Shown: one piece after another, positions 36,401 to 44,946 of the stretch
Position numbering within the stretch: position 1 is the first letter of the stretch
Layout: every line of letters starts with the position of its first letter
Sequence record: NC_027381.1
Length of the DNA stretch: 64,000 nt
Direction: 5' to 3' (one strand)
Origin: Escherichia phage Pollock
Translations under genes and position numbers: made by a program
The notes under the pieces: model-generated
Seen by the model: the letters and a program-made list of their open reading frames with translations, nothing else
What the model was told of the DNA's origin: nothing
Databases searched by the model: none

Positions 36401-38103
36401 GCTTTAAATACTTCTTTAGCAGCAGGTTCAGTAACAGCATCAACAGCTTTAACTACAGTTGGTTCTGCTACTGCTTCAGCATCTGTTTGTTGTACTGTTT
36501 GTTTAACTGATTCATTAGCAGCAGATACAGTATTCCTAAAAGATTGTGCTCTGGATTCTGCTTTACGGGCTTCTCTTGCTTCAAATGCTTCACGACCTTG
36601 TTGAGCACCTTCTTGAATTGCTCTAGGTGTTTCACTGATAGCCGAGCCAAAAGCACCCATACCCGCACCAGCAATAGCAGACTCAACAGCGTTTGAACCA
36701 ATGTCTTCAGCAAGGGACTGAGATTCATCAGCAGAAGTCCGTATGCCGAGGTTAGAAGCAAATTGACCAGTAATCCCTTGGGAGGTTTCTTCAATAGTTT
36801 CTTTGAAAGCATTGTTAAGAACTCGTGAGGAAGCACTAAAGAATCCCGTACCTTCAAGTAAGGAAGGAGTGAATATACGAGATTCAAATGGAGCAGCAAC
36901 CTTACCAGTCAGAGCACCAAGAGTACCTGCTACCAAAGCAGTGACATTACCTGTTTGAGTACGTACTTGTCTTCTGGCTTGCTCTGGAGACATACCATCA
37001 GCAATTAAATCACGATACATAGGTGATTTTTCTGCTAATTGCTTATCAGTCATTCCATCAATCTGGTCTAATGTTTGTTGGGCATTAGAACCTGCTTCTT
37101 GGAAACCTACATAACCAACCAATGCTCTTTCAGCAGCATCCTGAAGACGTTTTCTACCATACTGAGTTGAAGCTAGCTTGGTAGCAAAATCTGCACCATA
37201 TTCTTCAGCTAATTGTTTAAATGCTCCACGAGAAGCAATCTTACCTACTAAACCACCAGTTAATATATCTGGAGCAGATTCAGCAATAAGTGTAGTTAAT
37301 GCTCCCGGAGCACCACCATATTGTTCAGCAGTATTAACAAACTGACGTAATTGTTCTTTAGCCCCTGCAACTAAAGGATTATCACCTTTAGCTATATCAG
37401 CAGCTTCACGAGCTTCAGCACCTTGTTTAAATCTCTCTTTTTCTGCTTCAATTACAGATTGTTCATATTGAACACGCGGAGAATATTGAGAACGTTGTTC
37501 TTCAACATACTGTTTTAATGGTACATCAATACCCACTTGTTCTAATAAAGTAGGTTGTCCTAATTGTTCTTCTTGACCAGTAACATTAGCAATTAAATCT
37601 TGAGTATTTTGTAATGCTAAGTTACCCAAACCAGTAACAAATCTAGCTGTATTACCTGCCCATATCTGTGCAGCATTACCTACATCAGATAATTCTATAG
37701 GAGCATTTTCAAATATATCTGTATTGGCTTGAGCAATATTTAAAGACAGTTTGTCTCTAGCTGCCTGAGGACCATATTTCTGCTGTAATGCAGATAAAGG
37801 CATATCTCTTAAATCAGCCAAATATTGCTCAGAAGGATTAGTTTGAGTAGCAGTAGTAGTAGTTCTTTGTCCAGATAGCATCTGATTCATCTGTTCTCTT
37901 GTATATTTAGGACCAGATTCTGCTAACTGGATTGCTTGCTGTGCTCTTTGATACTGTGGAGAACCTACAGCAAAGTCTATTTCTACCCCGGGTACTGGAG
38001 TACCTAACTCTAATTTCTTCTGTTGAGTAGCTATATTTAATTGTTGTGTTTTTTGTAAGGCAGCATTAGCTAATTCTTGCTGTTTCTCAAATCCGGTGGC
38101 CAT
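27490..38103 (-). CDS. giant virion-encapsidated RNA polymerase (N4 vRNAP-like)
   Basis: single uninterrupted 3,537-aa ORF; size and position at the head of the late structural block fit N4-type architecture; catalytic motifs not verified by eye. Confidence 0.8.
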   Translation of the reverse strand: MATGFEKQQELANAALQKTQQLNIATQQKKLELGTPVPGVEIDFAVGSPQYQRAQQAIQLAESGPKYTREQMNQMLSGQRTTTTATQTNPSEQYLADLRDMPLSALQQKYGPQAARDKLSLNIAQANTDIFENAPIELSDVGNAAQIWAGNTARFVTGLGNLALQNTQDLIANVTGQEEQLGQPTLLEQVGIDVPLKQYVEEQRSQYSPRVQYEQSVIEAEKERFKQGAEAREAADIAKGDNPLVAGAKEQLRQFVNTAEQYGGAPGALTTLIAESAPDILTGGLVGKIASRGAFKQLAEEYGADFATKLASTQYGRKRLQDAAERALVGYVGFQEAGSNAQQTLDQIDGMTDKQLAEKSPMYRDLIADGMSPEQARRQVRTQTGNVTALVAGTLGALTGKVAAPFESRIFTPSLLEGTGFFSASSRVLNNAFKETIEETSQGITGQFASNLGIRTSADESQSLAEDIGSNAVESAIAGAGMGAFGSAISETPRAIQEGAQQGREAFEAREARKAESRAQSFRNTVSAANESVKQTVQQTDAEAVAEPTVVKAVDAVTEPAAKEVFKAIPEEEISSPDSILRISRAIKERNLDEASRRDLAVVGNNVISAYEEALPQIQAQMEVAPEEEKAQYQTAIDNINAVLNHPDVQAVKTTAESFRLTPEEMNKIMESLPSEITPETYKSPEVQKNIKSVLAQMNLDASSITPEVADRLVNSAETIGLNQQDVDKLKIISATGKAMSQVGEDVRKGSDGFIGIQQYQQGIFRALSLGDTARAQGLLDHLNRFAEHMETKANAFEQAAQNFTGNQPVEVINPTTGQPYLSLDGNPMTYHPVRSKGLIKEIRNDANAVRQAHTITSQLVDGKPVSVPAQSAPVATEELVSTQESEAPIEASAQVSEEQVQTPSETVETQPEAVTEAPTSTPVQGELFEKPDVVESEIQIQEKPTEVETDLMDESQLELGLDKGVNFDILSSLQSETVRSDAKSTSEADKNYQATNQVKKWFKPTGKRSAFLRTSNFSGRLNNIFTNGSNPITQIQNLFKGFIKPEQVTEKEVKVLRQFAGLVPAIEQSLIQSWGKLTPEGQRIFWETYPVEYFSEVRNINGENVYFLPQPVIEAMTAGMMQWFVRNAVETTFNDDRTVMDILGLDNKTKPTVEQTDLLRNVGTDRQNVIDYLSREIFGILGINADPNTPISVRDAVSKALATEVLNVMINANLVQESVVKNSELAAVGSTKVNESNIKNSRIFIRMNEESEAAKRLVDLMKDSNDLLGQLTNPQREKAGAYFGTPPKGQSTKVKNGGGQDIPEKMLAARNKASKQPHYINMGLHDLMLDKLGTEWIGRMLGIQSEENANGAHLKSIQGSNRTIERDINTLINGLTRMSEAGLPLANTPIYFAYNVISNFRMMLNSGDLNPQSAKLHRELITVEPSTIELNNPQHGAFLDYAIAQGLDIAVDKLSSETARDKLNKAISTGLFRDAINILKAAENQDSISDADAEVLLEAVKAGKEKTKTLHALYAQAQYELAVEQGKSSFQTHVMLELDGVTNGPFNSIVQLGLKDVNQDLLNKLEKGGLFYGQSDRLYNDAAEEPGFLDLYKTAAAGSQQYINNMMDAYSNIPNRLAALKNKSRQFQQKEMRDIERLKNQVRVTLAASKLIGDVNIVEGEDVEHPIQIGRGLLKNPVTVTVYSGGANAINRKIAMGIANGYYEAITEALRAVDSATNQEDRDAAIAHINDLTNTTNELTTAQVFRNGSWVKIGAPINLGKDVTKFEFTSEQIEAITQNIKIGIGAAVNESIANEFGTVINRGKMMVYAAAVMHEVFMSRWNKVVEAKEKELREAGKLSKYESLSQQQYNEIKRELITQMPIFNSWFTAGNTDAAKLNEGILLSEEGRVTFDIYRMESRGRRNLDGKMRRATFGVDTPTYTEPGTRVMPLLVQSVEAAMQAIARDINPNNALNVFDGYINAVAHLDTGSQAINQGVLQSWNEFDLLQDFTNRFEQAMEGVNLTEELGPDADTRLEQSFRGIMEMIGADETNSPTSPEVLEAFTTLLKKEAATQTAIKQGLLGGEAVTSINQMTGANIPFNVQNGKQTDKEAIDTRTPLEQLIANTELPTMESVSLPKGRVTIPPTRQMIEALAKNGRNVSGHDGIKVLSKGDVIAAIKEAAKSLPSRQNRITSFVLDKIANSIPEDINVYVGSPEALSAVQQEMTPDTKVEFNNSFLGLTQGQNIYIGSQSIETVMHELIHAATANAVHNYYSNPEALTPAQKVEIASIEALMTKFVNEYSSTNPETDSVVDLINNHIASGDMAQATAEFIAWGLVNPRMIDAMTKKTITGTVTKVLKQLAESIKRLFAIGSNPDITSYWTRLLGHTVALADATNPVKSRDTTSYAQQNANNINRLDAETLFNKLDAGKASQEHVNHLTDTLDYLQSNIIKVIKNTGQQISGLEHYQDKLLVDSIDPEIDDSPNALIAHGFNMSEKEAFVFKMLQVSMKYGLENFSPSVLVARSLYSQARENLKVEDFLTDPNNRSANEMALAKQRYDAVFGNTAITTDATGRTNRLANFIALAETNEQLRNKLSQISVKRTRQNQATSLRERIGDLTNMILTWLSGLATKSLRDTNIASRLSKLAKNISHVDSQARDNLFTRIGRGTEEITEATQDRLRAFGNSIRKQLSKVEKKVPKSVAFGITVGAAVFNEQDAHDVREAITHIYMTIHQDGKLGTIAELINEFIGSNETNSSIHTLLTQKNMAADRARQIIREMVPGMIEKTFVSLNQNEKEAIQRVVANTDMAYLFANGYDLVRLNELLTNPNELAKEIDLIESQLQKAGAQNSAFYIKSAHGLAKQMVHGVSPLAYQLSNAAAIARLIGTGRERPSNDAVEIATQLIDTLASLSALTELSQADKETVSNVISREMTKGEPDNNGMTFTLKYYESLKGAELAKSGNNYSLAAVKGFTPTITDPNKKVIIASIKDEPSLSRRGYTRGAQVKRDPADTDKTPMYYYHSNNGGEPRWIAGVMSTLQSTVGGVNPITGRSVNGSMTPGAWKTSEKNKVSANKQAAINDLFDASKPMPQNYDGQMQPVLNRAGSIMGYSYQMPRANREAQLNVDNDFTKVLAAWEGRIAEEIQAAKYNEMLLERLGEIYKKDAREGKAYQYITIDENSTDHQLKEIYELMPIEMKEAAKRIWPNGKIKVRKDLLNNAFGYREPSVLNLWTGQTNFSKEFQKAFVNIAETFLGKNAARYLRLGERGLMEFVKEMKDWIVVRSVVVSAGNILSNMVHLATVGISPITMAKDMSTAVLAAEEYRRNEKLINEYSHYLAVNHNPRMAEEYQRKISELKDSQARNPVADLIKAGLLPTIAEDLGQQDDYSLKDKLLTKMDEYTSGIPDSVKRVAKEITLSRDSNVYFLLNRSIQYGDFVAKYSLYKHLTTRSRNPMDKDSALNRVMDEFVNYDILPSRTRFYLDAIGLTWFLNYKIRIQKIILRTIRENPLRALFLMFGNTAESGLPNIMEANLATGSLSYNVGMGTALNGFTIHPLVSLY

Positions 38104-38139
38104 TTGAAATCCTCTAAAGGAATGTAACTGGATAGGAGT

Positions 38140-38170
38140 GTACTAAAAGAAATCCCTCACTAGGAGGGAT
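38140..38170 (-). terminator. terminator-like hairpin (minus strand)
   Basis: atccctc-actag-gagggat with T-run on minus strand, between upstream structural gene and the giant ORF. Confidence 0.45.
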
Positions 38171-38177
38171 TTTGTCA

Positions 38178-39593
38178 TTATCTCGTAGATTTATTCACTT
38201 TTGGATTACCTAATGTATCCTCAAGGAACTTTCTTAACTGTTGTCGTTGTCCACTGTAATCAGGAACAACTGGTTGGAATGATTCCACAGGAGTACCAGA
38301 AATATTAGCTCTAGGTAGTTTTCTCTGAAACTCAATTAAAGGAGCATTTGCTTCTTTAAGAAGTGATTCTTGAGATTTATCTACCAGTCTTAATGCATCA
38401 GTTAAAGCTTGTTTAGCAGCAGCATTACTTGCTGTTTTCTTAGCTTGTTCTGCATTTCTTTCTACAGTACCAAATGAAATAGATACCCCATCTGTAAACC
38501 AATTAGGAGATAACGATTGTTCCATGATATACCCAACAGTGGCTGGCGTAGCATTGGGGTATTTTTTCTTAATACGAGTATATGCTTCTGTAGCTTCATC
38601 TGGGTCTGATAATCTAGACTGAAAGCTTTTGATAACATCATCTGCTTTAGTCTTCTTATCATCCTGTAGATTGAATACAGTAGGGTCAATACCAGAACTA
38701 AGAAATGCAGCATTAACTTCCTGTATTGCATCCTGCTTGTATTGGTCTGCTGCTTCTTTATTAAGAACACTTTGGTTCTGAATAATAGTTGCTTGTTCAG
38801 GAGTAGGAGCACCTAATGTACTAATGTTCTGGGATACAGCAGTAGCAACCTGATTACCAGTAACAGGGTTAACATTAAATTTCTTCTGCAATTCAGCAGC
38901 TTTAGCCCCAATAGGTTTATCTGGATTATCCAATACCCATTGGTTTAATTCCTGAGCATAATTTCTTAAACCAATACGTTCTTCAGCAGCAAGCTTTCTT
39001 TCTGCATTTGCAGATGCTCTGGTAGCACGAGATTCAGCTAGTTGTGCCTGTCTTAAACCAAGCTCTGCTAATTGCTGTCTACGATTAGTTAAATCACCAT
39101 ATAGTTGACGAGCATTAGCAAAATTAGCTTCATTTTGTCTAAGGAATGCTTCTGCCTGATTAGGATTACTAGCCAATAAAGAATAGAACTGGTTCTCATA
39201 TGGTTGAGATGCCTGTTCTTTCTGTAGATTCTCTAATTGAATCTGACCAGAAATATCTTGTCTTAACTGCCCCGGTCTTGTAGCTAAAATTTGGTTAATA
39301 GCTGATTGGTCTACAGCAGCACCAAATCTACTTCTTAAATTATCAGCAGCAAACTGTTGTCTGGCTGCTTCTAATGAAGCAGGGTCAGTAAAACCAAGTA
39401 ATTCATTTTGTAATGCAGCAGTGTTTTGAGTACGTGCAGTATTAAAATTGATATTACTTAGTTCTTGCTGTCGTTGGACAGGAGCCAATAAACCAGAAAG
39501 AGCATCTCTGATGCTTTGAGCACCTACTTGTTGGAGTCTTGCTATTCCTGTTAAATCAGGAGCATCAATATTTCTCCATGTTATCTGAGCCAT
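38178..39593 (-). CDS. virion structural protein (Q/A-rich, coiled-coil-like)
   Basis: 471 aa; low-complexity Q/A/N-rich sequence; late block. Confidence 0.4.
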   Translation of the reverse strand: MAQITWRNIDAPDLTGIARLQQVGAQSIRDALSGLLAPVQRQQELSNINFNTARTQNTAALQNELLGFTDPASLEAARQQFAADNLRSRFGAAVDQSAINQILATRPGQLRQDISGQIQLENLQKEQASQPYENQFYSLLASNPNQAEAFLRQNEANFANARQLYGDLTNRRQQLAELGLRQAQLAESRATRASANAERKLAAEERIGLRNYAQELNQWVLDNPDKPIGAKAAELQKKFNVNPVTGNQVATAVSQNISTLGAPTPEQATIIQNQSVLNKEAADQYKQDAIQEVNAAFLSSGIDPTVFNLQDDKKTKADDVIKSFQSRLSDPDEATEAYTRIKKKYPNATPATVGYIMEQSLSPNWFTDGVSISFGTVERNAEQAKKTASNAAAKQALTDALRLVDKSQESLLKEANAPLIEFQRKLPRANISGTPVESFQPVVPDYSGQRQQLRKFLEDTLGNPKVNKSTR

Positions 39594-39602
39594 GATTACT
39601 CC

Positions 39603-40067
39603 TTAGAGACGATTTTTATTTAAGTAGGCTTGAACGTCTTCTTCTTTACCAGCGTAATCAGAAGTACGTCCTCTGATTCTGTCTTCAAGGGCTGTGTTAT
39701 ATGCTTGTCTTTGGTTTGCTAGATTAGTGTTATATGCGTTTCTTTGGAAATTTAACTGGTCTTTAGCTAAACCAAGATTCTGCATACCTGACCATGCTTG
39801 GAATATAGAACCTAATCCTTGTAAGGTAGGGGAGATGATTCCTTGACTCTGAAATCCAGTTGACGGGTCAGTACCACCAAATAAAGTGCGTGCAGTATCC
39901 CCATTCAACCAATCAGAGAATGCAGAAAACATTCCTGAATTACCTAATGCAGAAGTATCTACAGTAGATAAAGGTGTGTTTAATATACTACTTTGTGTTG
40001 GATTATAGTTTTGGTAAACCAAAGGTAATTGCTGTTGGTTCATACCAAAGTTTAAATCAAAAGCCAT
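39603..40067 (-). CDS. virion-associated protein (hypothetical)
   Basis: 154-aa ORF in late block. Confidence 0.4.
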   Translation of the reverse strand: MAFDLNFGMNQQQLPLVYQNYNPTQSSILNTPLSTVDTSALGNSGMFSAFSDWLNGDTARTLFGGTDPSTGFQSQGIISPTLQGLGSIFQAWSGMQNLGLAKDQLNFQRNAYNTNLANQRQAYNTALEDRIRGRTSDYAGKEEDVQAYLNKNRL

Positions 40068-40069
40068 AG

Positions 40070-42445
40070 TTAACTCCTCATAGAATTTAAGTCAGTAGGT
40101 AATGTTAAAGCATAATCAACATAATTCTCTATACTTTCTAAGGTAACAACACCTGGATTTGTACTTAAAGTTCTAGTAAAGAATTCATCTGGCTGTTCAA
40201 ATAAATTAAAGAATGCAGAGTTAATTAATGCATCTATATCAATATTAGGATTTATAGTTCCTAAAGCATCCATAGCATCTTCAATCTCTTCCATCTGCTT
40301 CTTATAGTTTTCAGCATTCTTCTGCATCTCTTTAACGATATTTTGTAAATCTTGCTGTAGACGCATTTGAGCACCCTTAGCAACTGAAGGTACTAAATTC
40401 ATTACTTCAGTAGCATAAGGGAGTCCTTTGTTACCTGTAGTACCATACGATTGATATGCAGATACTGCTCCATAGGTAAGCATTGCAATAGTAGCAATGA
40501 ACATAATATTTGGACTAACAAACTTAGCTAAAATAGAAACACCAAAACTAATAGCTAAACCAATAGCTACTTGAGTAGTGATGTATACAGCTACAGCAGC
40601 AGCAACAGAAGTACCAGCAGCAGTAGCAGCACTTGCAGCAGCAGTAATACCAGCAGATAAAGTACCCAATGAATACACAGCAATTACTACAGCAATAGCT
40701 ATAGTAACTACTTTAAATATTCCAGATTGATACCACTTAGCTTTAGTAACTTGATATGAGTTAACTACAATATGTAAGCAGTCATATGTCATCTGAGTAC
40801 GATGAACAATTTGTTGTGCATCTACAATATTTGCACATAAGGGAATAAGAAATCCTTCATTATCTGGGTCAGATAAACTAGCTTCTCCAGTAATATTTAC
40901 TGAATGCCCTTTGTATATATAGTTGATATGTTCTAATCCACATATCTCTACTTCTTCATATTGAGTTTCAGATATCTGTTTTCTGAACAAGATAGTAGAA
41001 ACATCAGCAGTCATTTCTACTGATGCATTAAGTATGTTTACTACATTGATTGTAGCCTTATTACCTACGCTTCTAGTTACAGTACCAATACTGCCAATGC
41101 TTCCATTTTTTACAGTAAGGTCTGAATATTGATATGCAATGGTAATATCATAAGGGTCTTGTCTTAGGCTTAATCTGTTAACAGGAGGTTTGCTATCAGT
41201 GTTAGAAATAGTACCTTCTTCATTAACATTCTCTGTATACCATTTAATATAATTTTCTTTATCGTTAGGAGATACCTGAGCCAGATATTTAAAGAACTCA
41301 TGTAAGTAATCTATGGAAGATTCATACTTTGAATTTAAAGAAATACCCATTACAAAGAATGCATGGTCTATATCTTTAATATCTGGATTCTCATTTAAGG
41401 TATCCCCTAAATCTGTAAATCTGAGATTCAATTTATTAAGTAGAGTTTTACTGGTTTTGAATTGTTCTGCACTGACATTATTTGGGTCAGTTAAATCTGT
41501 ATTATTTACTCTTAAAGGTACAACAGGATAATAGGCAGAATCCCTAACTACATCAGTTAAGATTTTATCCAGTATAGGATAAGTTCCTGAACCAGCTTCA
41601 TAAATAAAATATTTTTTACGAGATAGAGTACTTACAACAACTGTAGTTGTAATAGTGGTTTCAGTCTTATCTTCATTAATAGTTGCCTGTACTGTAGTAA
41701 CAGTTGAAGTTATTAAACCAAAATTATTATTAATGGTTTCATCAGTAGTAGTACCTTCTTCATCTCCTTCTTCATATGCTCTGGTTTCTGTAGTTACTTC
41801 AGGAGTACCCGGAGTACGTACACGATAAATTACCTGATAGTATTCAGAACCATAGTTAATATCTGAGAAGGAAACTTGTTCTGTAAAATCAATTTCAGAA
41901 CCAGTACCCATTGTAATGGTGACTACACCATTATTATCAATAGACCAGTCAATGGTAGCTGTAGAAGCTACTCCTGCTGGTGGATTACCCATACCACCAT
42001 AGTCTGCATCCCAATCATATGTATTAGTCAGATACCGTTCTATCCAATAAGATAGGTCAGCTACGTTATAATCTGACATTACAATAGATACTTCTTTTCC
42101 TTCATTTAATGAAGAAAGTACAGTCATCAAATCATCGTAGTTAGGTACAACATAAAAAATAGAACCATCTGGTAATCCTAATGAATAATAATCTCTACCA
42201 TATCTATATGCTTGTCTAATCTGAGTACCCATACCATTCAAGTATGCTTGGTTTAAAGTACTTCCAATACCACTACCATTCATAACAGCAGTGGTAATAG
42301 TTTTCTGTAAAAAGTTTTCAGCATCATCTCCAGCTAAATTAACTGTAACTGAAGATACTGAAATAATTTTCTTTCTACTAAATAATCCCATATACATTAA
42401 AGGGGGCTTTCGCCCCCTCTCCTTAATATGTAACACTAACTCCAT
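40070..42445 (-). CDS. large virion protein with C-terminal hydrophobic segments
   Basis: 791 aa; long hydrophobic region near C-terminus; true start may be an internal Met (~42397/42391) because a hairpin overlaps the first 16 codons. Confidence 0.45.
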   Translation of the reverse strand: MELVLHIKERGRKPPLMYMGLFSRKKIISVSSVTVNLAGDDAENFLQKTITTAVMNGSGIGSTLNQAYLNGMGTQIRQAYRYGRDYYSLGLPDGSIFYVVPNYDDLMTVLSSLNEGKEVSIVMSDYNVADLSYWIERYLTNTYDWDADYGGMGNPPAGVASTATIDWSIDNNGVVTITMGTGSEIDFTEQVSFSDINYGSEYYQVIYRVRTPGTPEVTTETRAYEEGDEEGTTTDETINNNFGLITSTVTTVQATINEDKTETTITTTVVVSTLSRKKYFIYEAGSGTYPILDKILTDVVRDSAYYPVVPLRVNNTDLTDPNNVSAEQFKTSKTLLNKLNLRFTDLGDTLNENPDIKDIDHAFFVMGISLNSKYESSIDYLHEFFKYLAQVSPNDKENYIKWYTENVNEEGTISNTDSKPPVNRLSLRQDPYDITIAYQYSDLTVKNGSIGSIGTVTRSVGNKATINVVNILNASVEMTADVSTILFRKQISETQYEEVEICGLEHINYIYKGHSVNITGEASLSDPDNEGFLIPLCANIVDAQQIVHRTQMTYDCLHIVVNSYQVTKAKWYQSGIFKVVTIAIAVVIAVYSLGTLSAGITAAASAATAAGTSVAAAVAVYITTQVAIGLAISFGVSILAKFVSPNIMFIATIAMLTYGAVSAYQSYGTTGNKGLPYATEVMNLVPSVAKGAQMRLQQDLQNIVKEMQKNAENYKKQMEEIEDAMDALGTINPNIDIDALINSAFFNLFEQPDEFFTRTLSTNPGVVTLESIENYVDYALTLPTDLNSMRS
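42395..42419 (-). terminator. hairpin (possible weak terminator/attenuator, minus strand)
   Basis: gggggc-gaaa-gccccc on minus strand just after stop of ORF 42423..43067. Confidence 0.3.
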
Positions 42446-43067
42446 CCGCTACCTTTTTGGTAAATGCATCAACTGCACTTGTATCAAATCCTGTAGGTAG
42501 AGGAGTGCCATCATCAACCGTCTTACGAGTAATCCAAGTATCAGCAATTATCTTCAGAGCTTTCTGTTCAGCATCTCGTAAGAAACCTTCTTTCTGCTGT
42601 TTATATAAAGCTACCTGAGCACCAATAATTCCTGTTACTGAAGTACCATCAACTGTATCAGATATTTGAGCTATCTCAGTTTTAACCTTTTGAGCAATAA
42701 GGTCAGCATTAAGCTGTTGAAGTTCAATTTGTTTATCTAACAATTGAAGTTCTTTATCTGCTTTCTCAAGTTCTTTATCTGCTAATTCAATTTGTTTATT
42801 AGCCAGATTAATTTGAGATTCAACTAAAAGGTTATTGAGATAGGTCTTATCCTTTTCAATAAGAAAAGTGACAGCTTGAGCTAGTACTGCTGTTAACTGG
42901 CCTAAATATACTTCTGCATATTGAGTACCAGTAATTCTGTCTTTATCCCACTGGTTATCTAGATGAGCATTGGCTGCTGACATCAACTCATCAAAGATAC
43001 CAGAACCACCAACTACCTTAGTAGTTAGGTCTTCATTTGTAATTGGATTGATAACAACAGCCATCAT
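42423..43067 (-). CDS. coiled-coil protein (hypothetical)
   Basis: 214 aa; heptad-like LxxKxxE repeats. Confidence 0.4.
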   Translation of the reverse strand: MMAVVINPITNEDLTTKVVGGSGIFDELMSAANAHLDNQWDKDRITGTQYAEVYLGQLTAVLAQAVTFLIEKDKTYLNNLLVESQINLANKQIELADKELEKADKELQLLDKQIELQQLNADLIAQKVKTEIAQISDTVDGTSVTGIIGAQVALYKQQKEGFLRDAEQKALKIIADTWITRKTVDDGTPLPTGFDTSAVDAFTKKVADGVSVTY

Positions 43068-43074
43068 CTATTCC

Positions 43075-43626
43075 TTAGTCAATAGACTTAGCAGCAGCTT
43101 GTTTAGCTTTAAGGTCAGCAAGCTCTTGTGCAGTCAGTTGAGGGAGTACCTGAATGCTGTATGCATTGGCTTGGATGTTCTGTTGAGTATCACCTTTAGG
43201 ACCTTTAATGGTTTTAATAGATGAATACTTACGGTCTCTCAGGAATTTATAAATGATGTTTGGTACATGGTAACCATCTTCATAGAACTCTTCACGATAC
43301 GGTACAAAGACTTTAACGTTACCTACTACGTCATTACCTACAGTAATGATTTCACCATGATAATCAGCTTTAGATGGGTCCATACAGGTAAGACGAATAC
43401 GTACAAGCTTCATAGCTTCACTATAGGCTTCAGCACGTAATTGAGAAGCAGTTTTAGCTTTAGTAATAAACTCAGAATTATCAGCTTCTTCTGTTACATT
43501 GGCTTGACCTGACAATTTAGCTTGTACTTTTTCACGTAATTTATCTACACCAATATTTGGATGGTAAGAAATACCTAATTGGTCAGCACGTTGTTTCAGT
43601 AAATCAAGTTCATTTAATTCGGACAT
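43075..43626 (-). CDS. hypothetical virion protein
   Basis: 183-aa ORF. Confidence 0.4.
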   Translation of the reverse strand: MSELNELDLLKQRADQLGISYHPNIGVDKLREKVQAKLSGQANVTEEADNSEFITKAKTASQLRAEAYSEAMKLVRIRLTCMDPSKADYHGEIITVGNDVVGNVKVFVPYREEFYEDGYHVPNIIYKFLRDRKYSSIKTIKGPKGDTQQNIQANAYSIQVLPQLTAQELADLKAKQAAAKSID

Positions 43627-43698
43627 AAATATTTTCCTTTTAACTTTCTGGGTGGAACCAGTTTTATATGGTCTCGGTAAGTTTACCGTATTTTAAGG

Positions 43699-43725
43699 AT
43701 AAAAAAAGAGTGGGTTTCCCCACTC
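43699..43725 (-). terminator. strong rho-independent terminator after capsid gene (minus strand)
   Basis: gagtggg-gaaa-cccactc followed by 7 T on minus strand. Confidence 0.65.
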
Positions 43726-43742
43726 TCTTTGCACTTACTGCA

Positions 43743-44930
43743 TTACATCTGAGCTACAGTTTTGTACAAACCAATCCACTCAGGACGCAGAATCAGAGAA
43801 CCGTAGTACCACTTGATAGAAGTGAAACCTAATTCACCGAATGGGTCAGAGTAAGATGCAGTAGCTTCACCCGGTTTTTTAGTGTAGGTAACAAACTTAA
43901 CAGTCTTACCATCAGTCTGGAAGCCAATAGTAGTAAAGGAACCAGAACCAACACACAGCATTGGGAATACGTCATACTTATCATCAGTAGCGTAGTAACC
44001 CGGATTGATAGTTACAGAATCACCTGCACCTGCCCATTTCATCATCTTAGGTACAACGATGATACGGAAAGAAGCAATAGAACCAATCTCACCTTTTAAC
44101 AGATTACCTGCATCTGCATAATGCTGTACTGGAATGAATGCTGCATTACCAAATGGGTCTTGCATCTTACGTAACATCAGTTCCAGTTCAGAACCAATAT
44201 ACAGAGCACGAGCACCTGGGATAACACGAGTATCAGTCATTAGAGAACCTTTAATCATCTTCGTCTGAAGAGGACACAGGTTATCGTTTAAAGTGATACC
44301 TAACTTAACCAGACCATCATAGGTAACTACGTTAGGAGAATTACCTTCACCAGTCATTTCACTGTTTTCTGTAGCTGTACCCGGATAGCGGATAACACCA
44401 GCACCATTCAACAGGTCAATCTGTAACTGGTCTTCAGTGATTTCATTAGCACCTTTAACAGCTTCCTGAATCAAATGCATATCCAATTCTTCATCAGAAT
44501 CGAAATCCATTGATTCTTGGGTCCATTCATAGAAGAAACCAAATTTCTTAATAGTGCCTTCTAATTGAATACGTGTAAAACCAACACGGTTAACACGACC
44601 ACCATTCTCAGTCAGAGTTGGTAGTTTACCCGGAATAGTACCAATGTCTTTACTAGAGCCGTACAGGTTACCTTTATTATCAGAGGTAGTACCATCAGCA
44701 TTAATACCTTGGTCATTCATGTTACGGTCATCCAGTAACGGAACATAATGGTACATCTTAATTTTTTTACCCATATGCTTTGGCATAGCAGTGACATCAG
44801 CAAGCTGGCTGAAGTACATTTCTTTTGCTGCATCTACCAAAGCCTTCTTATAGTAATAATCCAGACGAATCTGAGGACCAATGGTAGAAGCCTTTGGACT
44901 GGAATCAGCTCCGGGGGTATTGTACTGCAT
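43743..44930 (-). CDS. major capsid protein (putative)
   Basis: 395 aa; strongly biased codon usage; follows scaffold-like gene and is followed by a strong terminator; no motif verification. Confidence 0.6.
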   Translation of the reverse strand: MQYNTPGADSSPKASTIGPQIRLDYYYKKALVDAAKEMYFSQLADVTAMPKHMGKKIKMYHYVPLLDDRNMNDQGINADGTTSDNKGNLYGSSKDIGTIPGKLPTLTENGGRVNRVGFTRIQLEGTIKKFGFFYEWTQESMDFDSDEELDMHLIQEAVKGANEITEDQLQIDLLNGAGVIRYPGTATENSEMTGEGNSPNVVTYDGLVKLGITLNDNLCPLQTKMIKGSLMTDTRVIPGARALYIGSELELMLRKMQDPFGNAAFIPVQHYADAGNLLKGEIGSIASFRIIVVPKMMKWAGAGDSVTINPGYYATDDKYDVFPMLCVGSGSFTTIGFQTDGKTVKFVTYTKKPGEATASYSDPFGELGFTSIKWYYGSLILRPEWIGLYKTVAQM

Positions 44931-44946
44931 AGATTATCATCCTATT

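Noticed and set aside
28000-37000. Short ORFs inside and opposite the giant 3,537-aa gene (30401..30697, 31084..31299, 32690..32875, 34960..35145 on plus; 36468..36899 on minus)
   Set aside because: They are fully embedded in a long continuous ORF and show low-complexity translations; treated as chance reading frames.
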